Shown: positions 20,363 to 29,035, counted from the first letter of the stretch. The stretch is DNA of 64,000 nt from an uncultured Bacilli bacterium (GCA_910580185.1 CAJTWC010000001.1:99532-163531), one strand, 5' to 3'. The notes: generated from the letters alone by a model not told the origin. Numbers and translations: made by a program.

Positions 20363-21031
20363 CTATACCTCTATGCTTTCTCCAATATCAAGAATCTTAT
20401 AATTAATATCTTCATTTTTTAGTGATTGTTCTAACAATTCTCTATCTGGATTCATGTAATCCAAAGGATGTTGCATATGAATTGGTAAAACTAGTTCTGG
20501 GTTTATATCTTTTATAAAGTGCATACCTTCTACTATCCCTAAAGTTAATCCATTACCATTAAAAGGCATACAAATAACATCTGCTTTATAATCATGATTA
20601 AAATTAATTGTATCACTAGTTATATATAATCTCTTTTTACCATCATCTAAAATGAATCCTATGTTTTCTAAAACTTCTGCTCCTGAATATTTCATTTTAG
20701 TAAAGAAACCATGTATGGCTTTTGTTACTTCAACTTTTATTCCATCTATTTCAAATATATCTCCTGCTTTTACTATTGTTGGATTAATTAACCCATGAGT
20801 ATTTACAACTTCACTTGAAGTATAAATTTTACTATTATCACGTTTAACTATCTCATTAATAATTTCTGCATTACAATGATCGTTATGTTTATGAGTTATT
20901 AATATATAATCTATATTTTTCCATTCAGTATTAATCTCATCAGTATATCCAATATTTCCTGGATCAACTAAAATTCCTTTATTGTTAACTTCTATTAATA
21001 AACACGATTGATTATATTTTGTTATTTTCAT
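20363..21031 (-). CDS. MBL-fold metallo-hydrolase
   Basis: HxHxDH-type motif (ITHKHNDH). Confidence 0.75.
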   Translation of the reverse strand: MKITKYNQSCLLIEVNNKGILVDPGNIGYTDEINTEWKNIDYILITHKHNDHCNAEIINEIVKRDNSKIYTSSEVVNTHGLINPTIVKAGDIFEIDGIKVEVTKAIHGFFTKMKYSGAEVLENIGFILDDGKKRLYITSDTINFNHDYKADVICMPFNGNGLTLGIVEGMHFIKDINPELVLPIHMQHPLDYMNPDRELLEQSLKNEDINYKILDIGESIEV

Positions 21032-21905
21032 TTTCTCCTCCTATTATCCCATATACCATTGATATATCTGTTGGTACTATGTATTTACATCCTAATTCTT
21101 CTGCTACTACAAGTACAAAAGCACACATTGCCCTAGTGGCAAACCACCATTTTGGATCATCTACCCTATTTCTTATTTTATCCATAGATATTTCTTTAAA
21201 ATATCTTAGGGTATCTTTTTTTCTTGATCCTATATCCATCATAATAGGTGCTCTATCATCTTCAAATAAAGTATTTTTTTCATATGTTATTCTAGATTCT
21301 AAAGCAAAATATTTATGAGCACCACCTGCTAAAATTAATACATCTGCTTTTTCTTTTGGAAGATTAATTCTATTTTTCACGTATTCTTTTACTTCTTCCA
21401 AACTTGATGTTGCTAAATCTTCGCTAAGATCAGGAAAGATATCTAAGACATCTACAACACCAATATTAGAATTTGATATTTCTTTGATACCATCATCATA
21501 GATTGCTATTTCGGTAGAACCTCCTCCGCCTATCATAACACAAGTTTTTTCTTTAACGTGTGAGCAAGCTCCTATAACAGTTAATTTAGTTTCATCATCT
21601 TGAGTAATAATATTAAAATCATAACCTGTTTTATTTTTAAATTCTAATAAGAAGGCTTCTTTTTCTTCACCACTTAAATCTCTAAATATACTTGTTCCAC
21701 ATACATAGATATCATAATATTCTTTTTTTAAATCATTAACCAAAGAAATAAGTTCATTAACATCATCTTCATTAAGTTTATTATTTAACTTATAATTCTT
21801 TTTAAAATGTAAACATACGTTTTTTAAATTACTTATTTTATCCCCATTATAACAATCTACTTTAGTAACCGTGGAACCTACCTCAATAATTATTTTTCTC
21901 ATCAA
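21012..21905 (-). CDS. ASKHA-fold protein, Ppx/GppA phosphatase-like
   Basis: EVGSTVTK, CGTSIFRD and GGGGSTEIAI resemble the phosphate-binding and adenosine motifs of the Ppx/GppA family. Confidence 0.55.
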   Translation of the reverse strand: MMRKIIIEVGSTVTKVDCYNGDKISNLKNVCLHFKKNYKLNNKLNEDDVNELISLVNDLKKEYYDIYVCGTSIFRDLSGEEKEAFLLEFKNKTGYDFNIITQDDETKLTVIGACSHVKEKTCVMIGGGGSTEIAIYDDGIKEISNSNIGVVDVLDIFPDLSEDLATSSLEEVKEYVKNRINLPKEKADVLILAGGAHKYFALESRITYEKNTLFEDDRAPIMMDIGSRKKDTLRYFKEISMDKIRNRVDDPKWWFATRAMCAFVLVVAEELGCKYIVPTDISMVYGIIGGENENNKI

Positions 21906-21912
21906 GAATCAC

Positions 21913-22929
21913 CTACTTTAATTCAAAATTAACTATACCTTTACCATCTTTACACTGGGCATTTATTATTGCGCCATTTATAAATGTCATTGCTGGCCTT
22001 TTATGACTAATATCTGTATCAATAATAATTGGTACGTTTAAACATTCTAGTGTTGCAAGTACACTATCTTTAAACGAAATATCATAGCAGCTAACATCAT
22101 TGGCACTTCTACCAAATATAAATCCTTTAGTATATTTAAACCAATCAGCTTCCTTTAATTGCCATAATACTCTAACTACTTGTTCATTAGTAAAATCACA
22201 ATTATCAAAGTACCATACTATACCATCATCTTTATATTTTTCTATAAAAGATTTTACATTATCAAACCTAGTTCCTACTATACTTGCTAATACATCTAAA
22301 CAACCGCCGATTAATCTACCATTTAAATTAATCTTTTCTTCACCAGTTATATTTTTCCATTCAACTTTAGTATCTAAATTAAATGGCTCTGTACCTGTTA
22401 TGTGTTCTTTTGATTCGTTTTCATATTTATCAAAACTACGTTGCTCTATAATATTTCCTTTTAATATCTTTAAGCTGTTTTCTAATGACTCATGCCATGG
22501 AGTCATTTGATACTTTCTAAAGTTGTTACCATATAATGTTGCAATATCTAGTGTTGTAGTCATGTAAAATAACAAACTAGTTGGGTCAGAAAAACCTAGA
22601 AACCATTTTGGGTTTTCTTTTACGATATCAAAGTTAGTATATGATAACATTTCAACTAAAAATTCGCCACCAGAATAACAAAGTACTGCATTAGTTTCTT
22701 TATCTTTAAAACAATTTTCAAATTCTTTTGCTCTTACCTCTGCACCATCACTTCTACCCAAGTAGTTTTTCTTGCAATCTGAAGTTTCCTTAATTGTAAT
22801 TCCACGTTTTTTAAACTCATTTATTCCATTTTCAAACGCATTTAAATTTATTTCTTCATTAGAACATCCTTCTGAAGGTGCAGTTAAAGATATAACATCT
22901 TTATCTTTTAAAAATTTGGGATATATCAT
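21913..22929 (-). CDS. S66 serine peptidase (LD-carboxypeptidase / MccF-like)
   Basis: Nucleophile motif LGFSDPTSLL and a C-terminal DTDISHKRP histidine region; ~340 aa is typical for this family. Confidence 0.75.
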   Translation of the reverse strand: MIYPKFLKDKDVISLTAPSEGCSNEEINLNAFENGINEFKKRGITIKETSDCKKNYLGRSDGAEVRAKEFENCFKDKETNAVLCYSGGEFLVEMLSYTNFDIVKENPKWFLGFSDPTSLLFYMTTTLDIATLYGNNFRKYQMTPWHESLENSLKILKGNIIEQRSFDKYENESKEHITGTEPFNLDTKVEWKNITGEEKINLNGRLIGGCLDVLASIVGTRFDNVKSFIEKYKDDGIVWYFDNCDFTNEQVVRVLWQLKEADWFKYTKGFIFGRSANDVSCYDISFKDSVLATLECLNVPIIIDTDISHKRPAMTFINGAIINAQCKDGKGIVNFELK

Positions 22930-22943
22930 AAGTTCTCCTTAAT

Positions 22944-23360
22944 TTAAATTTTTTCTACTCTTATTGGTTGTGACCCTTCAGAACATAGTTTAGCTGCTTC
23001 AACAGCAAATTCTGATAAGCCTTCTGTTATCATTCCTATTGCAGCACCATTTTGAAAACCAGTTGGACCAAAACACCATCCTCTATCGTACCATAAGTCA
23101 AAACCTACATCATTTCCACCTAAAGGCATAATAATTATTTCACCAATTGATGGTAAGCAAGTTTCATTTTCATGCTCATATTTAGGAAAATTTGAAAGTT
23201 TTGTCCATATTTCACTTCCTGCCCATTTTGCATGCAATGCATCTTGTTCAAATGGTAATACCTTAAGTAAGCTATCAATTACAGTTGGGCATTTATCATC
23301 ACGTAATTCAGCAACAACGCTTACTCCACTTTTAACTAATGTTATTTTTATTTTTGTCAT
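22944..23360 (-). CDS. Cyclophilin-like fold protein (DUF3830-like)
   Basis: 138 aa. The pattern VAELRDDKCPTV...LHAKWAGSEIW resembles DUF3830. This assignment is from memory. Confidence 0.5.
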   Translation of the reverse strand: MTKIKITLVKSGVSVVAELRDDKCPTVIDSLLKVLPFEQDALHAKWAGSEIWTKLSNFPKYEHENETCLPSIGEIIIMPLGGNDVGFDLWYDRGWCFGPTGFQNGAAIGMITEGLSEFAVEAAKLCSEGSQPIRVEKI

Positions 23361-23373
23361 AAAAACACCTCCT

Positions 23374-23781
23374 TTATTTTTCTTCTATTATTTCAAACAA
23401 TATACCATCGGGATCTTTTATAAAGAAATATCTTTTTCCCATTCTTCCTTCGGTTATTTTTATTTCATCATCACATAAATTATTTTCTTTAATAAATTTA
23501 ATTGCTTCTTCAATCGATTTAACTCCTAATCCAAAATGTTTATTTCCAACTGTCATTAAATCTTTATTCAATGTTTTTGAATGATTTGGTAGTTCGTTAT
23601 GTTTCTTGTACCAAAACATTTCAAGAATAATCCCATTTAACTTCATCCATACGATTTTCATATCATCTGTTTCAAATTCTTTTTCTAATGAAAATCCAAA
23701 TTTCTTATAAAAATCTACACTTCTATTCATATCAGATACACCTAGTGTAACATGATTGAATTCAAATAAGTTTTCTTTCAT
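23374..23781 (-). CDS. VOC/glyoxalase-family protein
   Basis: FNHVTLGVSDMNRSVDFY start and the DPDGILFEI C-terminal motif. Confidence 0.8.
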   Translation of the reverse strand: MKENLFEFNHVTLGVSDMNRSVDFYKKFGFSLEKEFETDDMKIVWMKLNGIILEMFWYKKHNELPNHSKTLNKDLMTVGNKHFGLGVKSIEEAIKFIKENNLCDDEIKITEGRMGKRYFFIKDPDGILFEIIEEK

Positions 23782-23811
23782 AATAGACTCCCTTCAATTT
23801 TATTTTTATAT

Positions 23812-24858
23812 CTAAAAAGGTAATTTACCTTGATATACATATATCCAAGAATAATTATTACTTATATTAGTAAACTTATTATTTAATTTAACTTTAACTA
23901 ATTTATCTTTTATTTGATCGTATTGTTTTCTTGAAATAATTTTTTCAATTATTCTATCTTCTCTTATTTCTAAGATTCCCATACCAGCCCAGAAATCTAC
24001 CATTGAAGATTTATTAGATGCTAAGTGAAGCCATGCTTCTCCTCCAGCTCCTAATCCAAATGAACCAAGTAAAGGTATTAAGTTTTCTTTTTCAAAGTAT
24101 TCTTTACCTCGTAATTCATAATCCATGTCTAAAAATGCTTCATTAAGAATCCTTGAGTTATAAATAAACTTATTTTTTTCTTCTTCACTAATATTAGTTA
24201 AATCTTCTTTACCTTTCCACATTATATTAGTTTCAGCTCTTTTTAATCTAATTTTCTTTTCTTCTTCGTCTAGTAACGAAAATCTTTTTTCTACTTCTTT
24301 TTTATAATCTTTCATTTTAGATAATAATTCTTCTTTATCATAAAAGTCCCTTGCTAACACAAGACTTAAATTAATTGGATAATTATTATTTTCATTAATA
24401 TATGAAATTATTTTTTTTAATGTATCATTATATTTATCCATACCTTCTTGAGGTGTATTATTCATGTAAGTTAATGCTACTTCTTCAGATTCAAACTCAA
24501 TGTTAACCCCATTATTATAAGTCGTAGCTATTGGTAAAACGTATTCCATTAAATACTTTATTGTAAATATTTCTGCCCAATCAGGTTCAGGATACGTAGG
24601 GCTCCAAAAATGTTTATATCCGCCAAAGCAATAGCAGAATAAGAAAGCTAAGTTATTATTTAAAATATTATCAACTTTTTCTTCTGTATACTTTTTAGCT
24701 TCTTCAAATTGTGCTTTACGAGACCATTTTCTAGAAAATAATCTATTTAAAACCTTTTGCTTATAATTATTTCCTTTTAACTCCCCTAATTTAATATTAT
24801 TAAAATCTAAAAGTTCATTATTTACATAATCATTTACCATTTTTTCTAAGTCTTGCAT
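23812..24858 (-). CDS. Hypothetical protein, no family recognised
   Basis: 348-aa ORF packed into the operon with 9-30 nt gaps. It has no motif I can assign. Confidence 0.6.
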   Translation of the reverse strand: MQDLEKMVNDYVNNELLDFNNIKLGELKGNNYKQKVLNRLFSRKWSRKAQFEEAKKYTEEKVDNILNNNLAFLFCYCFGGYKHFWSPTYPEPDWAEIFTIKYLMEYVLPIATTYNNGVNIEFESEEVALTYMNNTPQEGMDKYNDTLKKIISYINENNNYPINLSLVLARDFYDKEELLSKMKDYKKEVEKRFSLLDEEEKKIRLKRAETNIMWKGKEDLTNISEEEKNKFIYNSRILNEAFLDMDYELRGKEYFEKENLIPLLGSFGLGAGGEAWLHLASNKSSMVDFWAGMGILEIREDRIIEKIISRKQYDQIKDKLVKVKLNNKFTNISNNYSWIYVYQGKLPF

Positions 24859-24867
24859 TTAATCACC

Positions 24868-25230
24868 TTATTTCATATCTTCTTCACTAATTAACTTGCA
24901 TTGTTCTTTATACCAAGCTGGTGTACAAATCATAATTATTTTACAATTACCTTCCCAGTAGTAAACTTCTTCTTTATCAATTAATAATAAGTCTCCTTGA
25001 TTAAATTCAAGATATTCATCTTTTTTATTAAGAAGGCCACTACCTTCTAATATATAAGCTAATTCTTTACATTTAGTATTACTACAATAACCAGTTTCTG
25101 GATATCTACCATTAATAGTATTTATAGCAAAGTCAATATCTTTATCATTTAATTCAACTGAGTATTCTAATAGTTTACTAGTATCACTATTGATAATATT
25201 AGCTGCTTTATCTTTCGTTACTATTTTCAT
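24868..25230 (-). CDS. Small cupin-domain protein (paralog of 10345-10695)
   Basis: Alignable with the alr-adjacent cupin. It starts 11 nt after the aspS stop. Confidence 0.7.
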   Translation of the reverse strand: MKIVTKDKAANIINSDTSKLLEYSVELNDKDIDFAINTINGRYPETGYCSNTKCKELAYILEGSGLLNKKDEYLEFNQGDLLLIDKEEVYYWEGNCKIIMICTPAWYKEQCKLISEEDMK

Positions 25231-25241
25231 ATGATTATCCT

Positions 25242-26984
25242 TTATCTCAACTTAATATGTGTTTCTCTTAATTGTAATTCAGTAACTTCGTTTGGAGTAC
25301 CAGTAAGTACGTCTTCACCATTTTGGTTCAGTGGGAATGCAACTGTTTCTCTTACGTTATCTTCTTCTAATAACATCATAAGCGATCTATCAATACCAAG
25401 TGCCATACCTACATGTGGTGGACATCCATATTGGAATGCTGTGTATAAAGCACTGAATTTCTTCTTTATGTCTTCTTCAGTGTATCCAGCAAGTTCAAAT
25501 GCTTTAACTAATACTTCTGGTCTATTATTTCTAACAGCTCCTGATACAAGTTCTACACCATTACATACAACGTCGAATTGGTCTGCGTATATTTCTAGTG
25601 GATCTTCGGTTTCTAATGCTTTTTCTCCACCTCTTGGCATACTAAATGGGTTATGCATAAAGTCTAATTTACCAGTTGTTTCACTTATTTCATACATTGG
25701 CATATCAGTTATGAAACAGAATTCAAATCTAGAGTTATCAATGATATCTAATTTTCTTCCTAATTCATCTCTTATTAAACCAGCGTTTTTACATACAACT
25801 GCTTCTCTTTTATCAGCGATAAAGAATAATACACTGCCTACTTTTAAATCTGCCCTTTCAAATAAAGCATTTCTATCTTCCTCAGTTAAGAACTTATCAA
25901 TAGGACCTTTTAAAGACTTATCTTCTTGAACAGTTATATAACCAATACCAGGCATGTCAATTGATTTAGCATAATCAACTAATTCATTAAACCAGCTGTT
26001 TGGTTTAGATGCGATTGTCTCTACTTTTATTGCTCTTACGATTGAATCTCTAAATGGTCTAAACTCAGTTTCTTTAAATACTTCTGATACATCAATTATT
26101 TCAAGTGGATTTGTTAAGTCTGGTTTATCAGTACCATATTTAAGCATTGATTCTCTATAAGGTATTCTTCTAAAATGTCCTTCAGTTACTTTTCTATTAC
26201 CAAACTCTTTAAAGAATGCTGGAAATACTGTTTCAGCTACTTCCATAATATCTTCTTGGTCTGCGAAAGCCATTTCCATATCTAATTGGTAGAATTCTCC
26301 AACTAGTCTATCTCTTCTTCCATCTTCATCTCTAAAACATGGTGCAAGTTGGAAATATTTATCAAATCCTGATGCCATTAACAATTGTTTAAATTGTTGT
26401 GGTGCTTGTGGAAGTGCATAAAACTTTCCTTTATGCTTTCTTGATGGAATTATAAAGTCCCTAGCACCTTCTGGTGATGATGATGTAAGAATTGGTGTTG
26501 TAACTTCTAAAAAGCCTAATTCTTGCATCTTATTTCTTAAGAAGTTAAATGCTTTTGATCTTAAGATTATGTTTTCATGTACCTTTGGATTTCTTAAATC
26601 TAAGAATCTATATTTTAATCTAACATCTTCTGCCACCTTTTTAGATTCATCTACTTCAAATGGTAATACTTTAGCAGTATCAGATAGTAATTCTAGTGAA
26701 TCTGCTACTACTTCTATTTCTCCTGTAGTAAGTTTTTTATTAACTGTTTCCTCATCTCTTTTAATTACTTTACCAGTTATTTTAATAACTGTTTCTTTGC
26801 TTACGCCTTTTAGCATAGCATCATCATGTACAACAACTTGTGTTACTCCATAATGATCTCTTAAGTCAACGAACATAACTCCACCATGGTCTCTTACGCC
26901 CTGTACAAACCCTGATAAAGTAACGTCCTTATCTAAATCTTTTATTGTTAATTCTCCGCATGTATTCGTTCTATATTTACTCAT
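25242..26984 (-). CDS. aspS: Aspartyl-tRNA synthetase
   Basis: 580 aa, class II motifs (FRDED, GLDR) and an OB-fold N-terminus typical of bacterial AspRS. Confidence 0.95.
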   Translation of the reverse strand: MSKYRTNTCGELTIKDLDKDVTLSGFVQGVRDHGGVMFVDLRDHYGVTQVVVHDDAMLKGVSKETVIKITGKVIKRDEETVNKKLTTGEIEVVADSLELLSDTAKVLPFEVDESKKVAEDVRLKYRFLDLRNPKVHENIILRSKAFNFLRNKMQELGFLEVTTPILTSSSPEGARDFIIPSRKHKGKFYALPQAPQQFKQLLMASGFDKYFQLAPCFRDEDGRRDRLVGEFYQLDMEMAFADQEDIMEVAETVFPAFFKEFGNRKVTEGHFRRIPYRESMLKYGTDKPDLTNPLEIIDVSEVFKETEFRPFRDSIVRAIKVETIASKPNSWFNELVDYAKSIDMPGIGYITVQEDKSLKGPIDKFLTEEDRNALFERADLKVGSVLFFIADKREAVVCKNAGLIRDELGRKLDIIDNSRFEFCFITDMPMYEISETTGKLDFMHNPFSMPRGGEKALETEDPLEIYADQFDVVCNGVELVSGAVRNNRPEVLVKAFELAGYTEEDIKKKFSALYTAFQYGCPPHVGMALGIDRSLMMLLEEDNVRETVAFPLNQNGEDVLTGTPNEVTELQLRETHIKLR

Positions 26985-27007
26985 GTTCTATCTCTCCTTT
27001 AATTATT

Positions 27008-27331
27008 TTATTTTCTTTTAAAATGTTTAGCAAACTTTAGTAATACTTTTTTAGACCATGTTGCCGTTATTTCTTCTATTCTTTTATTTACTTGTTCTCT
27101 TGTTATAATATGATCATCATCCATCGGAATTCCATCAATATATAATCTGTGATCAGGTTTAATTTTTTTGCCAGTTTTCTATTCTATTAATTTATGTTGT
27201 TCGTCTAAATCCAGCATTTCAAATTCACTATATGGGATTCCTAACTCTTTTTCCAGCTCTTTTTTTGCTAATTCAGCACCTGATAATTTTTTATCTTTTG
27301 AATTAAAATTATCTTGTTTATATTTTTCCAT
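27008..27331 (-). pseudogene. 107-codon small ORF interrupted by a single in-frame TAG (27179-27181)
   Basis: Reads MEKYKQDNFNSKDKKLSGAELAKKELEKELGIPYSEFEMLDLDEQHKLIE, then TAG, then KTGKKIKPDHRLYIDGIPMDDDHIITREQVNKRIEEITATWSKKVLLKFAKHFKRK followed by TAA. It lies 5 nt after the aminopeptidase stop and 23 nt before aspS. Neither half reaches the ORF-track size cutoff. Confidence 0.45.
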
Positions 27332-27336
27332 GCGTT

Positions 27337-28590
27337 TTAAGCCACCTTTTTATTTTTAATAAACTCTATAACTTTTTCTTCGGCAAAATTACCATCTACA
27401 AATATTGGAACTTCATTACCATAAATATCTGTTCCTATTATACTTAAATCACTTGTTCCAACCATAAAATCAACGTGATCTTTACTTGTGTTTATTCCAT
27501 TTTCTAATAAAGCCGCAGCACTCATAAATTCTCCATTAGGTATACACTTAGGAAATCCTCTACCTAGTGCTAAATGACATGATGCGTTTTCATCAATTAA
27601 TATTGAATTAAAAATCATATTTGTTCTAGATATAGGAGAATCATAATCAACGAACGCACATTCTCCTAAAAAGTTCATACCATCGAATTCTTCTATTAAC
27701 TCTAATAATTTTTCATCATCATTACTCGCCCAAACTTTTTCTACTTTACCATTTTTAAAAGTTAATTTAAATTGATCAATTATTTTTCCTTTAACAGTTA
27801 AAGGTCTACTGGAACAAACAGTTCCATTTACCTTGTTTCTATCTGGTGTTGTATAAACTTCTTCAGTTGGCATATTAACGATTAAATCTTTTTTACCATC
27901 AAAACTTTTCTTAGCAGCTCCCCACCATATTACATCTTTTGGAAGCCCTATTTCTAAATCTGTTCCTAAACTATTTTTATATTTTAATTTAGAAAGTTTT
28001 AATTCATTTAATAAGTTTCTTCTTTTTGTATTAGTTTTAATCTTCTCATTCCACGCCTTTATAGGATCTTCTTTATCAATTAAGGTGCACTTAAATATAA
28101 TATCCCATAATTCATTAACAGATGATAGATTTAATTTATTAGCCCAATCATCAGTTGCTACTGCAGCAATACACCATGGATACTTATAAATACCTCTTGC
28201 TGCTACTGCATCTTCCTGGGTTTCAACTTTAATTTTATTCATTAACTTCTTTTTCTCTATTGGAACATCATTTAAAGTTGGTTTGCTATATGATGTTAAG
28301 GATAATAATGAGCCACCTTTATCATATACGTCTTTTATTACTTTTCTATCAAAATAAGGCTCTTTTTCTATTTGTTTTAAAGTAGAACGCATTAATATAT
28401 CTCTTGTCTTTTCACCATCATATTCTACGTCACGTATTTCTGTTATCCCAAGTTTTTTAGCTTCTTCTTTTACAATACGAACAAACTCTTTTTGTTCTGT
28501 TAAGTAGCTTAATAAAAGTGGTTCTCCAGCATTCATCGATAAACATCTGGTCAACAAAAATCTAGCATAGCATCTTTTTTTATCATCCAT
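27337..28590 (-). CDS. M29-family aminopeptidase (AmpS/PepS-like)
   Basis: ~417 aa from MDDKKRCYARFLL, behind the RBS AAGGAGG. The track ORF starts 15 codons earlier, inside the leader terminator. The overall pattern fits aminopeptidase II/M29. Confidence 0.8.
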   Translation of the reverse strand: MDDKKRCYARFLLTRCLSMNAGEPLLLSYLTEQKEFVRIVKEEAKKLGITEIRDVEYDGEKTRDILMRSTLKQIEKEPYFDRKVIKDVYDKGGSLLSLTSYSKPTLNDVPIEKKKLMNKIKVETQEDAVAARGIYKYPWCIAAVATDDWANKLNLSSVNELWDIIFKCTLIDKEDPIKAWNEKIKTNTKRRNLLNELKLSKLKYKNSLGTDLEIGLPKDVIWWGAAKKSFDGKKDLIVNMPTEEVYTTPDRNKVNGTVCSSRPLTVKGKIIDQFKLTFKNGKVEKVWASNDDEKLLELIEEFDGMNFLGECAFVDYDSPISRTNMIFNSILIDENASCHLALGRGFPKCIPNGEFMSAAALLENGINTSKDHVDFMVGTSDLSIIGTDIYGNEVPIFVDGNFAEEKVIEFIKNKKVA

Positions 28591-28612
28591 CACTAAAACC
28601 TCCTTATAAATT

Positions 28613-28865
28613 AAAAAACAGCAAATCATCCCCATAGGGACGAATAGCTGTTTATATCCGTGGTACCACCCAGTTTACTATTAATAAATAATAGTCACTT
28701 TAAGATATTTTAACGGGTTATCTTCCGTCTTAGCCTACTTTAATTAAATTTCGGTAAGATACTCCGAGGTGTTCTTTCTTTAAATTATCTTACTGATATT
28801 CCACCACCATCAGCTCTCTTTTAAGAATCATTTAAATACTTTTCCTCATCAACGTCTTTAAATAT
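28613..28865 (-). promoter_or_regulatory. T-box riboswitch leader
   Basis: Read on the minus strand. Promoter TTGTAA-16-TATAAT (28872-28899). Leader elements in order: GAUGAG K-turn, AGUA, AG bulge AGAGAG (28814-28819), distal loop GGUGGUGGAA, specifier loop GAAAGAACA (28770-28778), T-box UGGGUGGUACCACGG (28658-28672), then a terminator hairpin plus U6 (28613-28618) directly before the RBS. Confidence 0.85.
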
Positions 28866-29035
28866 ACTTAAATTATATCATATTTTTATTATTTTACAAC
28901 ATTTTGTTGTTATTTATGCTTGTTTTATATTATTTTTTATAATATATTTTATGCAACATATAAGGCTGTTAAAACCAGCAGGTCGTAGGTTTGAAGTATG
29001 AAAAAAAGTAGCCTTTAGCTACTTATAATTTCAAA

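Noticed and set aside
25231-25929. 232-aa plus-strand ORF in the track
   Set aside because: It lies entirely antisense within aspS. The product is low-complexity and Ser/Leu/Phe-rich, as expected for the shadow frame of an AT-rich gene, and it has no RBS. The same reasoning rejects these other plus-strand track ORFs inside minus-strand genes: 1242-1466, 1553-1783, 2996-3262, 4473-4700, 6617-6826, 7301-7531, 9903-10091, 12459-12953, 15056-15247, 15857-16150, 16971-17231, 18974-19261, 21019-21318, 22100-22510, 26569-26853, 27168-27359, 29396-29798, 30639-30827, 31847-32059, 35505-35810, 36253-36498, 37470-37994, 39024-39302, 41276-41458, 44744-44956, 46099-46284, 47416-47631, 48851-49039, 49082-49291, 50654-50866, 50995-51243, 52382-52648, 53815-54063, 55577-55804, 57749-58003, 60048-60296, 63185-63370 and 63609-63803.
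28591-28635. N-terminal extensions in track ORFs (this aminopeptidase; also the ORFs ending at 10710, 33485, 34764, 41975, 54134 and 62172, and the plus-strand ORFs starting at 42134 and 56374)
   Set aside because: The upstream Met or TTG codons lack an RBS or lie inside leader or terminator structures or the preceding gene. In each case an internal start with a good SD yields the conserved N-terminus.
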